From the NCBI GenBank assembly GCA_049510745.1, contig JBEKYR010000001.1, positions 1-64,000 of the forward strand: 64,000 nt of DNA. Direction: 5' to 3'. The stretch is from Verrucomicrobiota bacterium. GTDB lineage: Bacteria; Verrucomicrobiota; Verrucomicrobiia; Limisphaerales; Palsa-1400. The position numbers were made by a program, and so were the translations under genes. The notes beneath the pieces are model-generated. The model searched no databases. It saw only the letters and a program-made list of their open reading frames with translations, and had not been told where the DNA came from. Below, one piece after another: positions 10,083 through 21,527 of this stretch; within the stretch, counting starts at the first letter, position 1, and each line of letters opens with the position of its first letter.

Positions 10083-10640
10083 TCATATCACTTTCTTGCG
10101 TCCGGCGTGAAATCCGATTTCCGGTTGTGCCGGGATAGGCGGCGGAGCCAGAAGCGGCCGCAGTTTTTGATAGATGTCACGCAAAGCCATATCGTGAGTC
10201 AGGAGAGATTTGTCAATTTCCGCCAACCGCTTCAGGATAGCGGCATTTGCCAGGAGGCCTTCGCGCATTCTCACGAATGCGCGAATAAGGTAAACGCTCA
10301 TCGTAATCGCGCGCGGGCTGTTAAGGATATTAGCGGCCATCAGGGCGCCATGCTCGGTGAAGGCATACGGAAGGTATTTTCGATGCTGGCCTCGGCCGGG
10401 CTTTAAGATCGCAAATTGCGATCTTAAAGATTCGACTTTCGCCCATTCCTCTTTCGTGAGTCGGAACATGAAATCTTCGGGAAAGCGGAAAAGGTTTCTC
10501 CTTACTGCCTCGTTGAAGCGAAAGGTTGGCGTCCCATATATGGCTGCCAGATCAGCGTCGAGAATCACTTTCTGCTCGCGCAACGTTACGATGATTCTAT
10601 CAATCTCCGGCAGGAGTACGGCTGCGGCGGTTTTCTTCAT
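10083..10640 (-). CDS. ORF6N-domain DNA-binding protein
   Basis: KVILDADLA..YG, NEAVRRN..RFPEDFMFRLT, LRSQFAIL, YLPYAFTEHGA, RAFVRMR. Confidence 0.9.
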   Translation of the reverse strand: MKKTAAAVLLPEIDRIIVTLREQKVILDADLAAIYGTPTFRFNEAVRRNLFRFPEDFMFRLTKEEWAKVESLRSQFAILKPGRGQHRKYLPYAFTEHGALMAANILNSPRAITMSVYLIRAFVRMREGLLANAAILKRLAEIDKSLLTHDMALRDIYQKLRPLLAPPPIPAQPEIGFHAGRKKVI

Positions 10641-10861
10641 GGCTGAATTGGCTGGGCGATGCAATCCTGCGGCGGACGCGCTTTGGAGAATTCAATCAAG
10701 TCCAGCGCCTTCAGTTCTTTCTTGGAGAGATGGCGTCGAGTTTTGCGACGCAACTTGCGCCGCGGCTCCAACCGCTTCCAAAGTCGTTCATCAGCATTGA
10801 ATTGGTCAATTTGTCTCTGTGTCGGCCTCTGCTCTGGAGGCAGATTAGGGTATGAATTCAT
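10637..10861 (-). CDS. Small basic hypothetical protein
   Basis: ORF between DUF2283 and ORF6N, with its stop overlapping the ORF6N start (ATGA); no recognisable domain. Confidence 0.4.
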   Translation of the reverse strand: MNSYPNLPPEQRPTQRQIDQFNADERLWKRLEPRRKLRRKTRRHLSKKELKALDLIEFSKARPPQDCIAQPIQP

Positions 10862-10890
10862 GGGTCTTTCACAACCAGCCACGTACCGGA

Positions 10891-11088
10891 TCATGCGGTC
10901 ACCGCGTAATCCACGCCGCGCGGATTTTCGACGCGCCGGGAGGCGTTCAGCACTTCCAACCCGACCACATTGCCCTCCTTGTCGTAGTCGAGAATGATGC
11001 CGGGCTTGTCCTCGTCGCTCTCTTCGATCGGCGCGTCGCGGAACAGAATCCGCAGCACGTCCACTTCCGGGTCGTAGGTCACTTTCAT
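10891..11088 (-). CDS. DUF2283-family protein (putative antitoxin)
   Basis: MKVTYDPEVDVLRI...GIILDYDKEGNVVGLEVLNAS is the characteristic pattern. Confidence 0.88.
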   Translation of the reverse strand: MKVTYDPEVDVLRILFRDAPIEESDEDKPGIILDYDKEGNVVGLEVLNASRRVENPRGVDYAVTA

Positions 11089-11180
11089 GTTGTCACTTTC
11101 CAGTATTTGCTGATTTTGCCCGTTCGATAAACCGTCACCACTTTTGGCGGCGTCGCCGTCTCATTCACCATCCCACGGAA
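11085..11180 (-). pseudogene. C-terminal remnant of a DUF4258-like putative toxin gene
   Basis: Manual translation [31 protein letters not shown]; its TGA overlaps the DUF2283 ATG; the frame is closed upstream by a stop at 11205-11207. Confidence 0.65.
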
Positions 11181-11979
11181 GCTCCCGGAAATGTTTTGAT
11201 TGACTCATGAACCGCGCCGGGTTCCGGTAAATCACCTCGTCCACCGCCTCCGCGCTGTGCCCGCGCCGACGCAGTTCCAGCGCCGCCCGCGGCACGGCCA
11301 GCGGCACGCTCACTCCCCAGTCGCATGCGCTGTTCATCCACAATCGCTCCCGCCCATACAACTCGAACATGTCCGCCGCCCGCGCCGCCGTACATTTGGA
11401 CTCCGGGTAAAGCGTCATCCCCGCCCAATAACCGGCCTCCAGCACCGCCTGGATGGTGTGCTCCTCGACGTGATCGATCAGGACCCGCTCCGGTTGGAGG
11501 CGCCCGTCGGCCCGCAAGGCGTCCATTATCAGACGCGTCCCCTTGAGCTTGTCCTCCAGGTGGGGCGTGTGGATAAGAATCAATTGCTGGCGGCGCGCCG
11601 CCAAATCGACGTGCTTCTCGAATACGGCCAGTTCGTTGCGGCTGTTCTTATTCAATCCGATCTCGCCAATCCCCAGGACGGTGGGGCGATCCAGGAATTC
11701 CGGGATGATCCGGAGAACTTCCCCAGCCAGCGCCAGGTCCTCGGCTTCCTTCGGATTGAGGCAAATCCAGCAATAGTGGGCCAGCCCATGCCGCGCCGCC
11801 CGTTGCGGCTCAAACTCCGTCAATTGCCGGAAGTAATCGTAAAATCCCTCCGCCGAACTGCGGTCGAAGCCCGCCCAAAACGCCGGCTCGCACACCGCCT
11901 CGCAACCCGCCGTCGCCATCGCCTGATAATCGTCGGTCGTGCGGCTGACCATGTGGGCGTGAGGCTCAATGTAACGCAT
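11161..11979 (-). CDS. TatD-family metallohydrolase (EboB-like)
   Basis: [44 protein letters not shown]. Confidence 0.88.
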   Translation of the reverse strand: MRYIEPHAHMVSRTTDDYQAMATAGCEAVCEPAFWAGFDRSSAEGFYDYFRQLTEFEPQRAARHGLAHYCWICLNPKEAEDLALAGEVLRIIPEFLDRPTVLGIGEIGLNKNSRNELAVFEKHVDLAARRQQLILIHTPHLEDKLKGTRLIMDALRADGRLQPERVLIDHVEEHTIQAVLEAGYWAGMTLYPESKCTAARAADMFELYGRERLWMNSACDWGVSVPLAVPRAALELRRRGHSAEAVDEVIYRNPARFMSQSKHFRELPWDGE

Positions 11980-12268
11980 GGAAGGGGGAGTTTGGCAATT
12001 TCGGGCCGGGCCAGGCCCCGCTGGCGGCCTTGGTGGTGGCCGCCGCCAACGGTTCCAAAGTCGGGTCGCTCAACGCGAGCAAAACGCGTTTGGCGCGATC
12101 GGGGCGGCTGCTCTCAAGCTCTTGCAGCGCCTTGCGAAAGGCCGCCAGCCGAAAATCATCCGCCCCCTCCGCCCGCTCCACCCGGTCGAGGAACGCCGCC
12201 AGATCGATCAGCTTCGACCGCGCCTCCATGAAATAAAGTTCCAGAACCTGCTCGCGGGTCATTGGCAT
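11966..12268 (-). CDS. Conserved-looking hypothetical protein (~100 aa) upstream of the TatD gene
   Basis: [24 protein letters not shown]...LSDP; 3' part of the 11966..12982 ORF, started at the ATG at 12268; overlaps the TatD start. Confidence 0.7.
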   Translation of the reverse strand: MPMTREQVLELYFMEARSKLIDLAAFLDRVERAEGADDFRLAAFRKALQELESSRPDRAKRVLLALSDPTLEPLAAATTKAASGAWPGPKLPNSPFHALH

Positions 12269-12358
12269 AGCGGCTCCATCTTCAACCACTCCCGCCGGCG
12301 GAACAAGCTCCTTTTCCAACGGGAATGGATATTCCCCGTCCTCCAGCGCAAATCGGCG

Positions 12359-12387
12359 TTGACAGCAGGCCGTTTCGCGTCTAGCAA
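12359..12387 (+). promoter_or_regulatory. Putative sigma70 promoter of the fucosidase gene
   Basis: TTGACA (12359-12364), 17 bp spacer, TAGCAA, then 7 nt to the ATG at 12395. Confidence 0.5.
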
Positions 12388-12394
12388 TTTGCCT

Positions 12395-14062
12395 ATGACA
12401 TCCGCCCGGACTCCTGTTTCCCGCCGCCAATTCCTCAAAAACACCGCCCTGGCCGCCGGCGCCGGTTTGGCCGCGCCGTGGCTTTCCTCGTGCAGCCCGC
12501 CCCGAAAAATGGCCGCGGTCAAAATCGCCCGCGGCCCGTTTCAACCGACCTGGGAATCGCTCGCGCAAAATTACCAGTGCCCCGCCTGGTTTCAGGACGC
12601 CAAATTCGGCATCTGGGCGCACTGGTCGGCGCAATGTGTGCCCGAACAGGGCGATTGGTATGCGCGCCAGATGTACATCCAGGGCCACAGCGATTACGAA
12701 CACCACCTCAAAACCTACGGGCATCCCTCCAAAGCCGGTTTCATGGAAATTGACCATCTGTGGAAAGCGGAAAACTGGCAGCCCGATAAACTGCTCGACC
12801 TCTACGTCCGTGCCGGGGCCAAATACTTCGTCGCTCTCGCCAACCACCATGACAACTTCGACAATTACAAATCGCGCCATCACGCCTGGAATTCCGTCAA
12901 CGTCGGACCGAAAAAGGACCTCATCGGCATCTGGGCCAAAGAGGCGCGCGCCCGCGGCCTGCGTTTTGGCGTGACCAACCATTCAGCCCACGCCTGGCAT
13001 TGGTTCCAATCCGCCTACGCCTACGACGCCGAAGGCCCCCTGGCGGGCGTGCGTTACGACGGCTTTAACCTCACCAAAGCCGACGGCCGCGGCCAGTGGT
13101 GGGATGGCCTCGACCCGCAGGAACTCTACACCGGGCCGAACGTCGTCATGCCCGACGGCCTGACCAGCGTCAAAGCCCTCCACGAGTGGTTCGATCACTC
13201 CAACCCCTGGACGGAGGCTGTGCCGCCGCACAACCCCCAATTCACCCGCACCTGGTTCCTCCGCTGCCAGGACCTGGTGGACAAATATCGTCCCGACCTC
13301 CTTTACTTTGACGACACCGAACTGCCCCTCGGCCAGGCCGGCCTCGACATCGCCGCCCACTATTACAACGCCAGCCTCAAATGGCACGGCGGAGACATGC
13401 AAGTCGTGCTCAACGGAAAAAACCTCGCCTACGAGCACCGCCGCGCCCTCGTCGAAGATTACGAGCGCGGTTTCGCCGACGACATCAAGCCGCAGCCCTG
13501 GCAGACCGACACCTGCATCGGTTCGTGGCATTATCAAAAGGACATCCATTACAAATCCGTTGCGCAAGTCGCGCGCATGCTCACCGACATCGTGAGCAAA
13601 AACGGCAATTTGCTCCTGAACATCCCCGTGCGCGGCGACGGCACGATTGACGACCGGGAAATGGCGTTCCTCGACGGCCTGACCAAATGGATGGACGCGA
13701 ACGGCGAGGGCCTTTTCGGCAGCCGCCCGTGGAAGGTCTTCGGCGAAGGCCCGTCCAAAGTGCAAGGCGGCATGTTCAACGAAAACAAAGTCGAATTCGG
13801 CGCGCAAGACATCCGGTTCACGTCCAAAGGCGCCACCCTTTACGCCTACTTCCTCGGCTGGCCGTCCGACGGCAAGCTGACCATCGAGTCCTTCGCCGCC
13901 GGCGCCCCGGACAAACCCGCACTGCTGGAAAAACCGGTCGGGCAGCTCACCCTGCTCGGTTCCGCGGAGCCGGTCGAATGGACGCGGGACACGGCCGGCC
14001 TGCACGTCACGCTGCCCGCCACGAAACCAGGCAACGATGTGTTTGCGCTCAAGGTCGTATAA
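12395..14062 (+). CDS. Alpha-L-fucosidase (GH29) with a Tat signal, possibly a lipoprotein
   Basis: SRRQFLK Tat motif and LSSC; WFQDAKFGIWAHW, HHDNF, PDLLYFD, DIVSKNGNLLLN. Confidence 0.92.
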   Translation: MTSARTPVSRRQFLKNTALAAGAGLAAPWLSSCSPPRKMAAVKIARGPFQPTWESLAQNYQCPAWFQDAKFGIWAHWSAQCVPEQGDWYARQMYIQGHSDYEHHLKTYGHPSKAGFMEIDHLWKAENWQPDKLLDLYVRAGAKYFVALANHHDNFDNYKSRHHAWNSVNVGPKKDLIGIWAKEARARGLRFGVTNHSAHAWHWFQSAYAYDAEGPLAGVRYDGFNLTKADGRGQWWDGLDPQELYTGPNVVMPDGLTSVKALHEWFDHSNPWTEAVPPHNPQFTRTWFLRCQDLVDKYRPDLLYFDDTELPLGQAGLDIAAHYYNASLKWHGGDMQVVLNGKNLAYEHRRALVEDYERGFADDIKPQPWQTDTCIGSWHYQKDIHYKSVAQVARMLTDIVSKNGNLLLNIPVRGDGTIDDREMAFLDGLTKWMDANGEGLFGSRPWKVFGEGPSKVQGGMFNENKVEFGAQDIRFTSKGATLYAYFLGWPSDGKLTIESFAAGAPDKPALLEKPVGQLTLLGSAEPVEWTRDTAGLHVTLPATKPGNDVFALKVV

Positions 14063-14140
14063 AACCGCGGCCAGCTTCAGGCATCCGTTCGTACTCTTAA
14101 CCTTACTAATCGCAACCTGAATGCGTTCCCCGGCTCGGAA

Positions 14141-15622
14141 TCACACCGCCATGCCAAGGAGGAACTCGATGTTGCTGCCCGTCTTTTTCAGTTTGCCCAG
14201 GAGCAATTCCATCGCCTCGACCGGCGGCACGCCGGTCAGGGCGCGGCGGAGGATGACGACCTTGTTGTATTCGTCGGGATGATAGAGCAACTCTTCCTTG
14301 CGCGTGCCGGAAAGTTCGATGTTGATCGACGGAAAGATGCGCCGGTCCACCAGGTGGCGGTCCAGATTGACTTCCATGTTGCCGGTGCCTTTGAACTCCT
14401 CGAAGATCACTTCGTCCATGCGCGAGCCGGTATCGACCAGCGCGGTGGCGATGATGGTCAGCGAGCCGCCCTCCTCGATGTTGCGCGCCGCGCCAAAGAA
14501 CCGCTTGGGCTTGTGCAGGGCGTTGGCATCGACGCCGCCGGAGAGAATCTTGCCCGAATGCGGCTGGATGGTGTTGTAGGCGCGGGCCAGGCGGGTGATG
14601 GAGTCGAGCAAAATCACTGCGTCCCGCTTGTGCTCGATCATGCGCTTGGCCTTTTCGATCACCATCTCGGCCACTTGCACGTGCCGTTCCGGCGGCTCGT
14701 CAAAGGTCGAGCTGATGACTTCGGCGCCGCGACAGGTGCGTTCCATGTCGGTCACTTCCTCGGGCCGTTCGTCGATCAGGAGGATGAAGAGGTAGGCTTC
14801 GGGGTTGTTCTTGAGGATGGCGTTGGCCAGCTTTTGCATCAGGACGGTCTTGCCGGTGCGCGGGGGGGCCACGATCAGCCCGCGGGTGCCTTTGCCAATG
14901 GGACAGACCAGGTCCAGGACGCGGGTGGACAATTCTTCCGGATTGGTTTCCAGCAAATACCGCTTGGTGGGAAACAAGGGCGTGAGGTTGTCGAAATGCG
15001 TTTTGTCCTTCGCTTTGTCGGGGTCTTCGGTATCGACCCCCTCCACTTTGAGCAGGGCGAAAAAGCGTTCCTTGTCCTTGGGGGGACGAATCTGGCCGGC
15101 GATCAAATTGCCGGTTTGCAGGTCAAAGCGGCGGATTTGCGAGGGAGAAACGTAAATGTCTTCCGGGCAGGGGAGGTAATTGAAGCTGCGCGAGCGGAGG
15201 AAGCCGAAGCCTTCGGGCAAAATCTCCAGGACGCCTTCGGAGAAGAGGACGCCGGCGCGTTCGGCGTTTTTCTGGAGGATCTGGAAGATTAACTCGTGCT
15301 TGCGCATGGTGCCGAAGTTTTCGATTCCCATCCCGCGCGCCCGCTGGTTCAACTCCGGCATGGCCATGGCCTGAAGGGCGGCAATATTGACGGTGGCGCC
15401 GGCGGGGGCGGAGGCAAGGCGGGCCGGCTCGGCTTCCTCGCGCGTCTCGACGGCGCGGGTGGGCGGTTCCAACTGCATTTCGGCGGGCGAAGGGGGGGCT
15501 TGGGGCGCGGGCTGGGCTGCGGGGGGAGGTTCGATCGCTTCCGGCGGGGGTCCGTCGGATTTGGGTGGCGCCAGATGCCGGGCGCTCTTGCGGGCGGCTT
15601 TTTTGACGGCGGCTTTGGGCAT
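14141..15622 (-). CDS. rho: Transcription termination factor Rho with an N-terminal low-complexity extension
   Basis: [46 protein letters not shown]. Confidence 0.98.
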   Translation of the reverse strand: MPKAAVKKAARKSARHLAPPKSDGPPPEAIEPPPAAQPAPQAPPSPAEMQLEPPTRAVETREEAEPARLASAPAGATVNIAALQAMAMPELNQRARGMGIENFGTMRKHELIFQILQKNAERAGVLFSEGVLEILPEGFGFLRSRSFNYLPCPEDIYVSPSQIRRFDLQTGNLIAGQIRPPKDKERFFALLKVEGVDTEDPDKAKDKTHFDNLTPLFPTKRYLLETNPEELSTRVLDLVCPIGKGTRGLIVAPPRTGKTVLMQKLANAILKNNPEAYLFILLIDERPEEVTDMERTCRGAEVISSTFDEPPERHVQVAEMVIEKAKRMIEHKRDAVILLDSITRLARAYNTIQPHSGKILSGGVDANALHKPKRFFGAARNIEEGGSLTIIATALVDTGSRMDEVIFEEFKGTGNMEVNLDRHLVDRRIFPSINIELSGTRKEELLYHPDEYNKVVILRRALTGVPPVEAMELLLGKLKKTGSNIEFLLGMAV

Positions 15623-15743
15623 AGGCAAAATGTAATGTCAAATTCGAGGATTGGGCAGGACCCATTAGTCTAACCAATTGGATGCGGGAGATTTGAAACC
15701 GTTCAAATCGGCGGCCAATTGGGGGAAATACCCAAAGTCGTTG

Positions 15744-17912
<2,169 letters not shown>

Positions 17913-18044
17913 TCCTGCGACAAAGCGGCTCAACTTGCGGTCAGCAGCCACAATCGTCAACCGCGAAAACGCAATGCCCCAATCTAGGCGCGCCCGCCGG
18001 TTTTTGGCAACTTTATTGTGTTGTCAACGTGCCGCAATTGGGGT

Positions 18045-18073
18045 TTGACAGCGGCGCGGGGCAACCCTACTTT
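18045..18073 (+). promoter_or_regulatory. Putative sigma70 promoter
   Basis: TTGACA (18045-18050), 17 bp spacer, TACTTT; GGAGG follows before the ATG at 18092. Confidence 0.55.
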
Positions 18074-18091
18074 GTGGAGGCAAGAAAGATT

Positions 18092-18556
18092 ATGGCTGAA
18101 AATATTCCCACATCGCCCGGTGGCGCTCTGCCGCCCAAACCGGCTGAGGCCTCCAAGGTCCAGCCCAAGAAGGAAACCGTTCGCATCAATCTGCCGCCCA
18201 AACCAACGTCGGCGCCGACGATTAAGCTGCCGACGCTGGCTCCGGGCGCTCCGCCGCCCGGGGCCGCGACCAGCGCCGCTCCCGTTGCGGCCTCGGCCGC
18301 CGCGGCGTCAAAGGCCCCGCCTCCGCCGCTGCCGACGCCAACTGGCAGCACCACGCGCGTCTCGGCGCCGGCCAAACCGGCCACGGCGGCGCCCGCCACC
18401 GCGCCGGCGCCCCCCCGTCCCATGGCGATGCCCGCCGGTTACGGCTTGACGGGATTGGACAAGGGGCTGGCCGTAGCGGCCGCCGTCTTTGGATTGGCGG
18501 CGCTGGGAGTGGTGCTTTATTTGGCGTTCTTCCTCAAGGACACGGTCCCCGGCTGA
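18092..18556 (+). CDS. Pro/Ala-rich disordered protein with a C-terminal membrane anchor
   Basis: Low-complexity P/A/T body containing KKETVRINLP; single hydrophobic helix near the C-terminus; first gene of the trxA run. Confidence 0.75.
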   Translation: MAENIPTSPGGALPPKPAEASKVQPKKETVRINLPPKPTSAPTIKLPTLAPGAPPPGAATSAAPVAASAAAASKAPPPPLPTPTGSTTRVSAPAKPATAAPATAPAPPRPMAMPAGYGLTGLDKGLAVAAAVFGLAALGVVLYLAFFLKDTVPG

Positions 18557-18571
18557 TCGGCAATTTGAACT

Positions 18572-18907
18572 ATGATTGCATCCAACATTCTGAAACTGAC
18601 GCAGGCGAATTTTGCCGAGCAAGTGCTCGGTGTTCCCGGCCCCGTGGTGGTCGATTTTTGGGCCGAGTGGTGCGGGCCGTGCAAAATGATGGCGCCGCTT
18701 CTGGATGAATTGGGCAGCGAATACGATGGCCGCGTGCGCATCGGCAAGGTCAACATCGATGAAGAACAGGGTTTGGCGACGGAATACGGCGTCCGCGCCA
18801 TCCCGACGTTGCTTTTCTTCAAGTCCGGGGAAGTGGCCGGCCAGATTGTGGGCCTGTGCTCGAAGCGGGACTTGAAGGCGAATATCGACCGGTTGCTCGG
18901 CCCGTAG
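18572..18907 (+). CDS. trxA: Thioredoxin
   Basis: VDFWAEWCGPC and AIPTLL motifs; 111 aa. Confidence 0.95.
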   Translation: MIASNILKLTQANFAEQVLGVPGPVVVDFWAEWCGPCKMMAPLLDELGSEYDGRVRIGKVNIDEEQGLATEYGVRAIPTLLFFKSGEVAGQIVGLCSKRDLKANIDRLLGP

Positions 18908-18949
18908 CCGACATACCCTCGCGCTGGGATCAGCCGGGCGCGGCTTGCC

Positions 18950-19954
18950 ATGCCACTGATCATCACACCCGGCCAGTTGGAACGCCGCGCCGAGTTGTAT
19001 CATCAGCTCGGTATCCTCATCGCCGCCGGCATGACCATTCACCAGGGTCTGGAGCAGCTCAAACTCCATCCGCCCTCCCGCGCCCTCCAACCCGCCATTG
19101 CCCGCTGGCTCGATCATCTGGCCGACGGTTGCACTGTGACCGAGGCGGTCGGGCGCCTGGGCCGGTGGATGCCTTCGTTTGACCTGGCGCTGGTCGAGGC
19201 GGGCGAACGGAGCGGACGCCTGGATGCCTGCTTCAAATTGCTGGCCCTCTATTATCAGGAACGGGCGCGGATGGCCCGGCAGGTGATTTCGGACCTGCTC
19301 TACCCGCTGTTCGTCTTTCATTTTGCCATCGTGCTCTTTCCCTTCGTTAAATTGGTGCAGACGGGGAATTTTTTCATGTTTGTGGCGACGATTCTCGCTG
19401 TGCTGGTTCCGCTTTATGGGGCCGTTTTCTTTCTCATTTTCGCCTGCCAGGGCCGGCACGGCGAAGGCTGGCGCGCAGCCCTCGAAAGGCTTTTGCATCC
19501 GATCCCCCTTTTGGGCACGGCACGGCGGTATCTGGCTCTGGCGCGGCTGGCGGCGGCGTTGGAGGCGTTGCTCAACGCGGGTGTCGGCATCATAGGGGCG
19601 TGGGAACTGGCCGCGACGGCCAGCGGCTCCCCGGCCCTCCGGCGCGTGGTGCAAAGCTGGAAAGTTCCGCTGGAGCAGGGTTCGACGCCCTCGGAATTGG
19701 TTTCCAGCGCCGATGAGTTTCCGGACGTTTTCCGCAACCTCTATCACACCGGGGAAATCAGCGGGACGCTGGACGAAACGCTCAAGCGCCTGCACACCTT
19801 CTACCAGGAGGAAGGCAACCGCAAGATGCGCCTGGTGGCCCAATGGACGCCGCGCCTGGTTTATTTTCTCATCGTTTTTTACGTCGGCTGGCGGATTATT
19901 TGCTTCTACCTCGCTTATTTTCAAGGACTCAACAACATCATGGACATGAAATGA
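18950..19954 (+). CDS. Type II secretion system F / PilC-family inner membrane protein
   Basis: Two repeats, AGERSGRLD and TGEISGTLD, each followed by TM helices. Confidence 0.88.
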   Translation: MPLIITPGQLERRAELYHQLGILIAAGMTIHQGLEQLKLHPPSRALQPAIARWLDHLADGCTVTEAVGRLGRWMPSFDLALVEAGERSGRLDACFKLLALYYQERARMARQVISDLLYPLFVFHFAIVLFPFVKLVQTGNFFMFVATILAVLVPLYGAVFFLIFACQGRHGEGWRAALERLLHPIPLLGTARRYLALARLAAALEALLNAGVGIIGAWELAATASGSPALRRVVQSWKVPLEQGSTPSELVSSADEFPDVFRNLYHTGEISGTLDETLKRLHTFYQEEGNRKMRLVAQWTPRLVYFLIVFYVGWRIICFYLAYFQGLNNIMDMK

Positions 19955-21102
19955 CCATCGCGGAAATCCTCGCCAGCGAAGAACTGCGCCGGCACGAATT
20001 TCCCGTGGCGGCGGAGAAGGCCTTTCTGGCCCATGCCGCCGTTTGCGCCCTGCCGCGGCGCGTGGCCGAGGCGATGCGCGATCACGCCGCGCGCGGCACG
20101 CTGGATGACCAGGAGGAAACAGTCCCGGCGTCCCGCTTCCGCCAGGCGCGCCAGTTGGCGGCCCGCCTGCTTCAGGCCAAACCGGAGGAAATCGCGTTCG
20201 TCGGCCCGACTTCGCTCGCGTTGAGCTTTGTCGCCCGCGGCCTGCCGTGGCGCAAAGGCGACAACGTCCTGGTCTATTTCGACGATTACCCGTCGAATGT
20301 TTATCCGTGGATGGCGCTGGCGGAAAAGGGAGTCGAAGTGCGCCTGCTCAACACCCGCGTTTATGGCCGCATCCGGCCCATTGACGTGACCGGGCAGGTC
20401 GATGAGCAGACCCGCCTGGTGGCGCTGGCTTCGAACCATTTTGTGGCCGGCTGGCGCCTGGAACTCGACGCCATCGGCCAGGCGCTGCACAAGCGGAACA
20501 TTCTTTTTTGCGTGGATGGCATTCAAACCGTGGGCGCGTTTCCGACCAGCGTCGAGCACGTTGATTTCCTGGCGGCGGACGCGCACAAATGGCTGCTCGG
20601 CCCGTGCGGGGCGGGGATTTTTTTTGTGAGGCAATCGGCGCAGGAAAAATTGCGGCCCATCGTCCAGGGCTGGCACAACGTGCGTTGTCCGGACTTTGTC
20701 GCACAGGAACAATTGGTGTATCAGACCGACGCGCGGCGTTACGAGGCGGGCACGGCGAACCTGGCCGGGCTGGCCGGGCTGGCCGCCGCGATGGAGCTGC
20801 TGTTGGAAGCCGGGGTGGCGAACATCGCGGCGGAATTGCTCCGCAAGCGGGCCTGGCTGCTGCCGGCCCTGCAAGAGAAGGGCTTCACCGTGCTTCAGGC
20901 GGACGCGCCCGCGCCGAACGCCAGCGCGATCCTGAGCTTTTTCCGGCCGGGCGCGGACATGGCCGGGCTGCATGAGAAACTGATGGCGGCGCGGGTCCAC
21001 ACGTCGTTGCGGGTGGACCGCAAGGGTCAACACTATATTCGCGTCTCCCCGCACTTCTACAATACGGACGCGGAGCTGCGCTGTCTTGTGGACAATCTTT
21101 AG
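19951..21102 (+). CDS. Class V PLP-dependent aminotransferase / C-S lyase-like enzyme
   Basis: FLAHAA, VDGIQ, ADAHKWLLGP, RYEAGT, IRVSPHFYN; no IscS/SufS catalytic-Cys loop; ATGA overlap with the upstream gene. Confidence 0.88.
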   Translation: MTIAEILASEELRRHEFPVAAEKAFLAHAAVCALPRRVAEAMRDHAARGTLDDQEETVPASRFRQARQLAARLLQAKPEEIAFVGPTSLALSFVARGLPWRKGDNVLVYFDDYPSNVYPWMALAEKGVEVRLLNTRVYGRIRPIDVTGQVDEQTRLVALASNHFVAGWRLELDAIGQALHKRNILFCVDGIQTVGAFPTSVEHVDFLAADAHKWLLGPCGAGIFFVRQSAQEKLRPIVQGWHNVRCPDFVAQEQLVYQTDARRYEAGTANLAGLAGLAAAMELLLEAGVANIAAELLRKRAWLLPALQEKGFTVLQADAPAPNASAILSFFRPGADMAGLHEKLMAARVHTSLRVDRKGQHYIRVSPHFYNTDAELRCLVDNL

Positions 21103-21294
21103 CCCCGCGCCGGGGCGTTTGGCAGCGCAGTATATGTGTTCTTTTTTGAAAAGTGCGAAACAATGCAAAAGACGCCAAGACGCCAAAAGAAGCTGAGAAC
21201 ATCTTGCGCCTTCGCCGAGCCGTCCGAGGGTGGTTCTTGCCGGGTGGTCGCCTCGGCGAGGCGGCCCTACCATTCCCAGGCCCGCCGTCACTGA

Positions 21295-21402
21295 GAAGCT
21301 GTGAAAAAATTGGCGTAAAGCCCCAAACGGCAACATGCGCCCCTTGGCAATCAACGATTTGCAAAAGCGAATTTTGGCAATTTTCAATTTTTTCACAGCT
21401 TC
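21295..21402. mobile_element. 108-bp MITE (non-autonomous IS-like element)
   Basis: Perfect 18-bp terminal inverted repeats GAAGCTGTGAAAAAATTG (21295-21312) and CAATTTTTTCACAGCTTC (21385-21402); TGA direct repeat on both flanks; AT-rich interior. Confidence 0.75.
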
Positions 21403-21527
21403 TGAGGCATTACCATTTTCTTTGCAGGGACGAATAGGATCAAAAGGACGGACGCGAAGGCGCACGGACGGACATGCGCGCTTATACAAAAACGGCGGGA
21501 AGCGGTGTCTATTTCAGTGGCGCCATT

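Noticed and set aside
10083..10640. ORF6N gene as evidence of a prophage
   Set aside because: No structural, integrase or replication phage genes are nearby; ORF6N genes often occur as solitary inserts
11978..12394. Long N-terminal extension of the fucosidase and the 338-aa minus-strand ORF 11966-12982
   Set aside because: The Tat signal and promoter place the fucosidase start at 12395; the minus-strand gene plausibly starts at 12268, so the extensions are mutual antisense run-ons
18950..19954. Complete type II secretion / type IV pilus cluster
   Set aside because: Only the F/PilC-type gene is present; there is no ATPase, secretin or prepilin gene nearby
19951..21102. Class V enzyme (Lys present, Cys loop absent) as an obligate complementing partner of the Lys-less IscS
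   Set aside because: Attractive symmetry, but the genes are 27 kb apart and Cys-less class V enzymes are a common independent family; nothing in the sequence links them
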